A DNA stretch of 49,324 nucleotides, the filler included, from Dirinaria sp. TL-2023a (lineage: Eukaryota), in NCBI GenBank assembly GCA_051941275.1. It is 2 parts of 2 records of this genome, joined end to end, with 100 filler letters (N's around TTAATTAATTAA, not from the genome) between each part and the next. Parts side by side here need not be neighbours in the genome. Positions count along the whole stretch, not along the records: positions 1 to 24,665 come from JAVEBF010000183.1; 1 more part is not named here. The stretch is one strand, 5' to 3'. Of the stretch, positions 1 through 9,993 are shown piece after piece; the stretch's first letter is position 1, and every line of letters begins with the position of its first letter. The notes under the pieces were generated by a model. That model searched no databases and was not told the DNA's origin. It saw nothing but the letters and a program-made list of their open reading frames with translations. The position numbers were made by a program, and so were the translations under genes.

Positions 1-520
1 GTCTCTGTGTCTCTCTTCCGCTCCAGGGCAAAAAAACCATTCATGATAGCAATATCGATACTAGAAGCAGAAAACAAAAGAAGCAGAAAACAAAAAAAAA
101 ATAAAATAATAATAATGCAGCTTGCTGGGTTTCTTTATTCCCCTTTCCTCCCAAGAAAACATAAGAGGGGGAGAAAAAAAAAAGGAACATCGCCGAATGC
201 CCATAACCATCATCGCTATGCTCTAAGAGGGGTGGAAAAAAACGTTGTTGCAAAAAGAGGAAAAAATCAAAAGCCCCCTTAGTTACCCACGTTTTTTCTT
301 CTACCAAAGGCAATCAATCATGAACGGTGGAGGAGGGGGGGGTTTATTTCCACTGGTAATGTATGATCGAGAATTGCTGATCTGCTGATTTTGTTTTGTC
401 CCAAGAAACTCTTGTTTCTTTTCCTTTTCTCTTTCTCTTTTTTTCTGTTTTTTTTTCTCTCTCTCTTGCTATTGCTTGTATATCCCGGCTGGTGGGTGAT
501 TTTTGATATAAGGGCAATTG
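1..520. repeat. Low-complexity A/T- and G-homopolymer and CT-rich tract downstream of CDC4
   Basis: Multiple A6-A11, T5-T9 and G8 runs plus (CT)n. ORFs here are K/R- or F/L-biased artefacts. Confidence 0.8.
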
Positions 521-589
521 GTGGCCCAATCTTTCTCCATGGGAAAAGCCCGGCAGTCGGCTCCTTCGACGCAGGAAATGGGGCCAATG

Positions 590-3500
590 CTACTCGTCGG
601 GATCCAAATCGATGGCTGTATCATGCGGATCGGATACCTCTTGGCCTTGGGTATTGACAACGATACGTCTGCCAAGCTTATGCACTGGAATACCGTCTCT
701 GCACGCACCGAAATCGAGAACCTGCCCATCGAAAAAAAGGTTAGTATGCAACAAGCCAGACAACAACAAACGCGGGGTGGGGGAGGGGGAGCAAATTGGT
801 TGAGAAGATTGGCACGGACCTCGATGTAAGTCAGGTTATTCCTCTGCACCGCGGCCACGCATCTCCGTTCGTTGAACTTGACCTGCCAGACGCCGCTCAA
901 ATCCGTCAAGAGATCCTTGACGAATTGGCCGTTGGCCACATTCCACATCTTCAAGGTTCGGTCCGAGCCGGAGATCACCTTTTGCGAGTCGTGCTGGAAG
1001 CACGTGATTGCGCCCGTGTGCGCCTTCAGAGGTTTCTTGCATTGCCCGGTTTCAGGATCCCAGATGCGGAGCGTCGAGTCTGCGGCAGCTGATACGAGGC
1101 GGTCGCCTTGCAGATCGAGCAAGCCGACCAAGGAAGAGTGGCCTTCAAGGTTGAACAGCACCAAGCCCGTATCGAGCGACCAGACCTTGACGAGGTTGTC
1201 CATTGAGCCGCTGATGCAGCGATTACGCTTGTGGTCAAGTACTACACTGTACACCTTCTGAGTATGTCCTTGCAATCGATGTTCAGTCTCGCCAGTTGAG
1301 ATCTTCCACACTCGGACACTGCAGTCGTAGCTACCGCTCACCAAAGTGTCGCCGTGGGCGGCTATGGCGCGCACAGAGTGGTGATGGCCACTGAGGACAC
1401 GAACGAAGTAAGGGCAATCGGCGTCGTCTGGTGCCGGCCCCGCTTGGAAGTAAGGTTCATCTCCTGGCTTGGGTAATTTCCAGACTCGCAGATTTGAATC
1501 CCTGGAGCCAGTGATGATCAAAGGCTGCTTCGGCGCCATGATCGGCTTCCCGTCAACTGCTGTGCCAATTTGGGTTGGCATCAGGATCTGCAAACATCTC
1601 ACTGTAGAGGTGTGGCCTTGGAAGACCTGTGTACAAAGACCTCGCTCTATATCCCATACCCGGACAGATCGATCTGTCGAGCCCGACACGAGCATGTTGC
1701 CCTCATATTGTAGTGCCCAGACCCCTCCTTCATGCCCCTCGAGCTTCGCTCGAAGAGCACCTGTTTGTGTATCGTACACATTGATGTTCGTGTCATCGCT
1801 GCCTGTCAGGATTTTGTCTGTATCAAATTGTAGACAAGTGACTACGTGGCGTTGGTGAGCCCGAAAGGCCAGGTGCCTCGGTTTGGTCTGATCCCGCATC
1901 CAGCTCTGCCGTATGATATGATGTCGCAGGTAGATAGATTTGAAAAGATGCAGGTTCTTCAAACTGGGTAAGCCTACACAAGCACAGGGGACAGCGCTGG
2001 CAGCGGCACTGGCAGCAGCGTAGGGGCCTTCAGCCCCTGGTGCGCGTTCCAACCTGACCTCAGCGTTCAATGAAGCTGTGACGTCATGGTGCCGCTTCTG
2101 TTGTTTCCTGGCCTTCGTCTTCTTCCCTCCGGCTTTCCTCTTTACCCGTTTGTTCGGCATGGTGGTATTTTCGGCATTGTCGACGCTTGCGCCACGTGTA
2201 GCAAACCCTACGTGTGCCGAGGATCCCGACGTCTCGGCATCAGACGAGGTTTGATTGACAAGAGTAAGGTCTTTCTCCCAATCGTCGGGTTTGGAAGCAT
2301 GCTGCCAGCCCCACCCTTCCCGAATTGCTCTTTGTAGTTCATCCTCTGATAATACGTATCCGTCAGCGTCGAACAAATTCTTCCAGGCCTTTTCATTAGA
2401 ATCGATGATCTGCCTCCATCTTCGAGATACCTGCGCAGCCGAACAGAGGGCTCGGACGTCGAGGTGACCCACAACGTTCAGTGAAAGCTCAATTGGAAGC
2501 ATGGATAGGAAATCGCATTTCAATGCGGGATTGACAACGTTTGCAACGGTATGCAGTACCGTCTTAGGACAGCGTCGGAGGAATTGGTACATGAGGTAGT
2601 TTTTCATCTCGGTTGGCATGGCTTCGAAAGAGGACAGCATTGTCGGTATACTCATCAGGGATGGTCCGGGCGAATGCTTGCTAGCAGTATGAATCGCTTC
2701 CGTTGCAATCACCGGGGACTTTGAAGACAGGTCCTCCCGAGCTGAGGTGGGTCGGAATTCTTCCAATAGTTGCGAAGGCGCAGATCCCTGGGTGCCTTCA
2801 AACCCAGAGTTGGGGATTGGGTAGGCCATGGCTCTCTCGGTGTTTGGATCCTCAAAATATTCTCGGCGACTATGCAAATTCGCTGCTGCTGTGACTGGCG
2901 AAAGGCTGGGGCTAGGAAGACTTGCATCTTGTGTTGCTGTTGTATCAAGAACATGTGGTCGTGGGCGAACAGCACGTTCAGCATAAAGGTATGGAGCACG
3001 TCCGGATTCTCCATCATCCTCGACATAATCAGGCGTAGTATGCCTGCCAATTCTCAGACCCCACTGGGCAGAGAGTTCGGGATCTACTCCCGTACCACTT
3101 TCAACTTTCGAAGAACCTTCTTCCAGTGCACTTTCGTGATCGCTATCGTGGTGGGCTATGTACGTTCGAGGAGCATTTCGGCTGGGCTGCACATGACCCA
3201 GAGCACGACCTGTTTCAATTTCGAGATTGGTACCTCTATCATCATCCCATAAATGTGACTGTAGTCGATTCTCTCGAACTGAGCTTCCACTACCAAGGGA
3301 TGGAGTAATAGGAGTCGAGGTTTGACAGATATTAAGCCTTGACTGGGTAGAGTTCTGAGCAGCTGGACCGGTGTCAGGAGCATTGATATTTGGCGTTCGA
3401 GCCGTACCACCATTTTTTCTTCGTGTGGCTTGCTGCCGAGCCAATTTTGTAGCTTCTGTCATAGATACAGGAGAAGCAGGCTGCTGAACGTCCTCTATGT

Positions 3501-4157
3501 TTCTTTTTGGAGTAAGCTTTTGCGCCATGCTGCTAGACTTCTTCAGGCGCGCGCCACTCGATCGCGGTGCATGCGTATCTGTCTCAAAGTTGGCAACATC
3601 ACGGAGCACACCATCAGAATCTCTCAGCGCCTTCTGCTGTTGCTTAACCTAGATAATTAGAAGGGTTAGCTGCATTGCTATGCTGACGCAGCCTGGAATC
3701 GTACCTCTTCGTAAGCTTCAAGGGCGTTATCCGCCTCCCGAAACACAGTGGGCCGTCCTCCTACATCGAAGCAGAATCTTTTAAGAGACTGGGGAGTAGG
3801 TGAAGAGGCTAGTGGGTAGAGCTTGGGATCTAGTTCGTGGAGACGGGTAGGAGCCTTGATTTTCAGCGGTGGGAAACTAGTCGTGGTCGTGGTAGTAGTT
3901 GTGACCACAGTAGTTTGCGTTGCAGGGGCAAACGAAAATTGCGCTAGCGTATCATCGGAAGTCAAGTCCTTCATCTCGGACTTGCCCACCGTGGGTTCGT
4001 CTGACTGTCGGCGGCGTTTTATGCTCGCAGGTGCCGGCGGGGAAAGTACATCAGGCGTCAAAGCTGCCATGGTGTTCCGGTTCGAAAGCGCTTCCTTAGA
4101 ATTCCGTCTCGACGCAAACGAGGGTGGTGTGTTCAGTGTTCGAAGAGGCGGGTCCAT
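590..4157 (-). CDS. CDC4: F-box/WD40 SCF substrate adaptor Cdc4 (3 exons: 4157-3705, 3648-820, 721-590)
   Basis: F-box (DFLSMLPIELSLNVVGHLDVRALCSAAQVSRRW) followed by WD40 repeats (HVVTCLQFD..ILTGSDD, GHEGGVWAL, GHTSTVRCL, GHSSLVGLL). GT-AG introns 3704-3649 and 819-722 with GCTAAC/ACTAAC branch sites keep the frame and give the C-terminus VLDFGACRDG...DE*. Confidence 0.93.
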
Positions 4158-5963
4158 CGAGATATTGCGCGGAACGCAAGACACGAAGATGACACGGGTT
4201 TGGGCGCGTTTGTAATGTCGACAGATGTTGGAGCCGCGCCGAATGTGTTCTTCTTTCTATACACGTGTCGCCAAGACTAGATGTGTGTTCGATGTTGAGG
4301 GACGAGAGAGGCTGACTTGTCGGTGTACAGCTTGCTGCGCAGCTTCCCCGTACTGTACAAACCGGAGTGCTTGAGTAAGTACTCTAGCTTCTTTGAGGAC
4401 CTCGGGAGAAGGGTAACTCGACGTCCAGCTCTGCCATTTGTCAGCGTGCGAAGGAGGAGAAGGTCGAGTATGGGGGATAAAGGGAGCGGCGTGAGAGGAG
4501 TGAGGTGGTTTGGTGGAGTGGGGATTTGGGGATGCCAGAGAAGAAGGCGGGTCGAGGTTCCCTTTCGCAGCGTAAGCGGAGCACTAGAGCCCTTTTCGGT
4601 CGTACCTTAGGTAAGCCCTAATTCGGCAAAGACCGAGGCTTAAGGTTGCCTTTCTGAGTTTTTGTTGTCTTTGCCCCCTTCGCCCCCACCACTCGCTGGC
4701 AAACTAGAATAATAATGCCATTATTATTCCAACAAGCACCTCGACATGGAAGGTATAACAATGATACTGTACCATTTAGCACCTCAGGGGTCTACTTCTG
4801 TTTGAGCCACAAGCAAGAAAAAGTTTTCACGCAGCATTCGGTCGACTTTGCTCCCCCGCACTTGAGAGCAAGTAGACAGGCAAGTAGCCTTTCTGCATCG
4901 AGGTACGGTCTGGGCCTGAATACTAAGGTACAGCTATTCTGGTCATCCCGAATTCCGAAATTTGCTGCAGCTCTCTTTATCTACCGTGGCTTGGTCAAAA
5001 GCCATTCTTCTCTCTTTAGCTTGTTGTGTCGGTTCGCCTCCCCAACACTTCCTCCGCACCTGTCTGACTACTTGCTCCTTTCTTCTTTACACTACGGGTC
5101 TCCTCTAGGTGCGATAGGGCCGAGGGGTCAGTGAACGGTTGGCCAGCAACCTCGCGATATCGACTCCAGCAACCAAAGGGAGACTCCATCGCGAATGAAT
5201 GCTCCATGCGTTCGTTGACTGGGTGTTGCTTGCTCTCTCGAAGTTTCACCGTTCTCCTTGGTGCCCTTCGTTCTGCAGGAGCCGGACGATATTATAGAAA
5301 TGCAGTTTGGCACCTTGAAAATATTCTCGAAGATATTCGATTAAGCCAAGCTCACCATTCCATTCCAATCCAATCGTTATATCGAGTAGCTTCATCTTTA
5401 TTTGTGCACACCGTGCCCTTATTGACCAAGTACGCTATCCCCTGTCTTCTGCAGACCTTTAGAATCCCCCTGAATCTGAGTCTCCGAGGCGTGGCTGCGT
5501 TGATATTTGGGCGGATATCTTCTCCGGCCACGAATGTACTCAACACTAAAACGTAACCAGTTGCGCAGGACCAAAGAAGGACACTGTTGAATCGTGGTAG
5601 AAGTGATGGCGTACATTTTGACGTTCGTAATGAGTACTTTAGATCGTGAAGTACTGATACACTTTTCAAAACCCCTTGGCGCCCTTAAAGTATTCAGTAA
5701 AATAATATACGAGTTACTTTGAGGTGTCGATCTCGCTTAGCAGTCCTTCACTCCATTCTCAGCTTCGTTCTATCAAAAATGGTGTAAAGCAGAATTTGCG
5801 GACAATGGAAGCTACGTGAGAACTCCAACATGCGTAATGTTGGCCTGGCGCATCTCTGTAATAAGTTCATCATAATAACTTCAAACTCACATTCACAGCT
5901 GAACGACGCTTGCTAAAGGTACAATCGAGTACCCGCAGTTCATCCCTCCTGGCCGCTAGTCAG

Positions 5964-8268
5964 ATGATGACCAATTCGTCGTGTTCACCCAAACGAAAAC
6001 GTGGGCTGCCTGCAGATGGAAGGACGCGAGCGGCTGAGCAGACTTCGCAAGGTGCACTTTTTGTTCTTCCGGAACAACAAAGCTTGAGAGTCATTGAGGC
6101 GGTATTGCAAGTCTCTGTAAGCTCCCTTTCCATGGCGGAGTAACAGGATTAACACCTACTCTACCCACCAGGTGGCTACAGTTGCGTGGCACCGGTAATC
6201 ATCGTTGTATAAGGAGGGGACCCACCCACGTTGACTCCGCCCAGGGGCCTTTTTCCTGATCACTGCTTTATTGCTCAGTCTCCGCTTAGCGAGATCCTCG
6301 ATGAGGTGGGCTTGGAGGGAGGTCCGAAACATCAAAAAGGGCGTCAACAGGATGCTCCAAAGCGTTTGAAGACCCAGGATGCAGTTCTTTCTTGGGTTCT
6401 GGCCCGAGGTCGCACTTCCGCCTGTGACCTTGCGCTGGATTGGATCGTAAGCGTCTCCTCAAATTTCACAGCGGCTGGACTGAGCTCGTTCTTTTCGTCT
6501 AGGATATCATTCTTGACAGCCTCAGACAGCGTAAGCTTAGCGCAGTCAGCTTCTGCATTATTCAAGATCGAGCAAGGCCGTCCCATGTGATGGAATTATA
6601 CACATTCTGCTTTCAATACCAGCAAGACTTTAACCCCCAGCAGCAACAATCCGTCGAAATTTCATTGCAAGCCCCCGATCGTCAGCCAATGGTCGTGAAA
6701 AGTGTAAAGGAAGGACTTCAGCCGGTTATTGAACGGCTGGTATATCGTGCAAAAGACTTACTCCCTGTTCCTAGTCAGTTGAAACCTATTGATCTCTTTG
6801 AAAGGCCTTAGTAACCAAACTCTCCAGAAACGTGCTTCCTAAGGTGCAACCTCCAGTTCAGGCCCACCTGTCGGCCGCAAAAGATACCGAAAGGCTTTCA
6901 TTGTAGCCAGTACCAAAGATCATTCATGCCCGAAGAAAAAACCGGAAAATGGGAAACGTACACTTCTGGAGTGTGGAACTCGGGGAGTCACACGTGGGTT
7001 CATTGCCAACCAGCAGTTGAAGAAATACTCAATATGATAGTCTCGCATTATCCATGGAACATCTGACAAGTCCCGATCAAAGTGTGAAGGTTCCTCTGAA
7101 ATTGGTAACTGAGACCTCTTCACCGAGGTTCGACATAAGAGGAAGCTACAAAGATCCAGTAGCTATAGACCAATTGACTATAGAACATCCACGGCGGCTA
7201 GGTCCTTCTACCAGCCAAGACGTCTCGAATGACGCTACAGTATATGACGAGAATGGAACAGCGCTCAGGGCGCACGGTAGAGGGTCCACAGCCGCCCAAA
7301 CTTCTCAGTGTATGAGTTCACTAGAACCAATGGTAAGCGCTGCCACGTCAGCGGTCTTCCATTGCTCATCATGCGTAGCAGGCACCACCTCATTTAGATG
7401 GCACTCAAAATAGTCTACTACAGACGCAAGAACTTCCTGCAAGTCTTCGTCAAGAGATCTCGCCGCCGAAGTGGCGATTGAAGCCATGGAAATTGCAACA
7501 AGTCAGAGATGGCAGGCGTTCGGCTATCACAAGCTCTCCACAAAGTGCCTACGGTGAGCCTGCGAATCTAATCCGTTGCCAGTGCGGTTCGGCCCGGATC
7601 GAGGGTCATACTGTAAGTAAAGAGCTCTCAGACAGTGGACTTCACTAATCCTATCGCGTTAGATACGATGCAAAAGCTGTGGAACTCTAGTGAGTTTAGC
7701 ACTTCGCACGACGTGGCGTATGGCTAATTGTATCGTCAAGCAACATGAACACTGCTATGGTTTCCTGTTGGGCTGTCCTCCTCTCGAACATGTCTGTTAT
7801 CGATGCCTGCTTGACGATTCGGCAACAGCGAGACTGCAAGCACTTAAAAGACTCTGCAGACTTCGAAGGATACTTTGGCTGATATGTGACGAGCGTTGGA
7901 ATCTGAACTCGGGAAAGGGGATGGCGGAGCGGCTAGGTCAAAGGTGGAATGCTATCTTCCTTGTTGGAGAAACTGACAGATGTAAGGTTACGATGACGAG
8001 TCCATGCAGCCACTGGTCAACCGGCTTATTGACGAGGGTTATATAGCAGTGAGGGGTGCATCTGGATTCGAGGTCGTGGATACGGAGGAACAGCGGGAAA
8101 AGAGACAACAGGCTTATGGGGATCCTTTGAAGTACATCGCCCAATTTGTGAGTGCAAATAGTCGTATCCGTTGGCACTCGAGGCGATGTTAACGTGCACC
8201 GTGGCTAGTACGACGTTCTGAGAGACACTTTACCAATCGCCTCCGCCGAAAAGTCGAAACCGCCTTGA
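5964..8268 (+). CDS. HOP1: Meiotic chromosome-axis protein Hop1 (HORMA + PHD finger + probable winged helix), about 594 aa, 11 exons: 5964-6116, 6172-6194, 6245-6446, 6503-6773, 6828-6993, 7041-7332, 7379-7612, 7663-7689, 7741-7936, 7987-8147, 8209-8268 (last exon uncertain)
   Basis: Ten GT-AG introns of 46-61 nt join one open frame. HORMA-like segments: QQSLRVIEAVLQVS|VATVAWHR|GLFPDHCF, DWI|DIILDSLRQRKLSAVSFCI..HVMELYTFCFQY, GLQPVIERLVYRAKDLLPVP|KTCFLRCNLQF..IPKGF. PHD: IRCQCG..HT|IRCKSCGTL|QHEHCYGF..HVCYRCLL. Confidence 0.85.
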
Positions 8269-9993
8269 CCAAAGGCAGAAAGAGGAGCCAAAATGCACAG
8301 TAGTGCCCGCCGCAGATTTTGTGGTTCCAGTCGCTGATAATGTTTAGGTGCTGGGAGACTTGCTGAAGAGGGGGGGCTCTTCTTCTAGGAAGAGCAGTGC
8401 ATTCATGCATACCCACTCCTTGAACTTCTTGTCAAAGCGATGGTTGTGGCTAAATGATTTGTCATATAGCTATCCAAGTCTTGCGATTCTCATATTAATC
8501 TCGCTCAAACCGGCCTTTCCAAAATCTTCACGCCCATGTGACCATACAAACCCCCAGAAACGCAAGGATAAAAAGACACATATTCACGATACTGGCCCAG
8601 AACAAAATGCTCCAACGTCATATCGCGATACCGTGCAAACAAGACGATTCGTTCACATCCTCCTTCTTCCTAGCCTTCTCCACACTAGACATCGATCGAG
8701 TATCATCAACCCTCGACAGCGTGCCACTCCGAAAGAACACGGCCTAGGTTCAGCAAGTACATAGGAAGGAAGGACTCTGGAGATCAACTCCGTGACCGTC
8801 TTACTACGCGTCGCGCGTTATTATTATTATTGATGGATGGATCGACCTATCGTATCCCATTGAAATTTGAAAGATACAAGAACCTTTAATACAGGACGAT
8901 AATAATCTGGGGGAGATGAAGTAAAGTGTGTGTGAGATGAACTGCGCGGATAGATGCAGGCTTGCAGCCTTTGCAGGCCATTGTTGGGGAACCCATGCAT
9001 CCCGCCTGCCCGGCGTGCCCGCACCAACTTTTGTCCGGTTCTTTCCCGCCGAGAAGGGGGATCGGCGAGGGGCCCATTGATATTAATATCATTACTACGC
9101 GAAAGTCGAAACTAAGGACAAGGTACATTAATATTATCACTGGTAGTCTGCTACGAGTACTCCGCTTGTCCTTGTAGAAAAAATTGCGCCTACCGTTTCA
9201 GAGGGAACTACCTTATCCTTGGCCCTTGCAACCTTGAACCCTGGGTCGCAAATTGCGCCGTTTGCATAATCATACATACGTTTCCAATAATCTGTACGTA
9301 TAAATGATACGATATCTCTGATCGGGTCTGAAAGGGCCAACCAATTTCCAGGGTACTGTTTCGTTTCGCATTTTGGCGATGATGACGGCGTCGTGACTCG
9401 TCGGTCGCAAGCCGGCAGGGCCGCATCGACGCATCATTATTAATGTAAGCATGTAAGTGAAGTGGTGGTAGAACAATGTACCGGCTTAGCGGAAAAAAGG
9501 CTAGTCCTACCAGTACAGTACAGTAGGTACATAGTACGAGTACATAGTCCGCTGACCAGCCATACACTACTAAAGGACTTAGCGACCAACGAACGAGGAG
9601 CACTTAGTAGTAGCCTTCCTACTTCCCCGAGAGAAGCCAGGCTCGCCAGGCCCCATCATCCACCCCTGCCCTACCTTACCTGGCACTCCTTTTTCGACCG
9701 CATTCTTCATCTACAGTGCGATATTCACCGCTCTATCCTAGATTTCGAGTGTCGCAATACTACTGACCCGGCGCGACGATGGTGTTTAGGATCGCACATG
9801 CGTCAGCACGCTCAGCATTGCGCGACAGCGAAGAAATCTTCACAAGCCAAGTCCACCAAGTCTAAAAGCCGACGCCTTCAAACCCAATTAGGTAGCCAAA
9901 GGATATTCAGCAGCCGAAAGTGTATCACCGCATCTGTAAAGCCTGCTGCGCTGCGCTGCTATCAAAGACCCTTCGAGGGCACATAAGCCTCTC

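Noticed and set aside
7..657. Several 60-90-aa ORFs rich in K/R or F/L
   Set aside because: They are translations of homopolymer tracts in the CDC4 3' region.
469..819. C-terminal extension of the 1046-aa ORF (PPPPPPRVCCC...)
   Set aside because: It is read-through of intron 819-722. The spliced frame gives the Cdc4-like ending and stops at 590.
5910..8200. Pseudogene or decayed transposon reading of the fragmented ORFs
   Set aside because: All fragments join through GT-AG introns into one HOP1 frame. There are no TIRs, LTRs or transposase/RT motifs.
8266..8268. A-to-I editing of the HOP1 TGA as a correctable premature stop
   Set aside because: Fungal sexual-stage editing prefers U at -1 (UAG), and read-through here adds only about 22 unremarkable codons.
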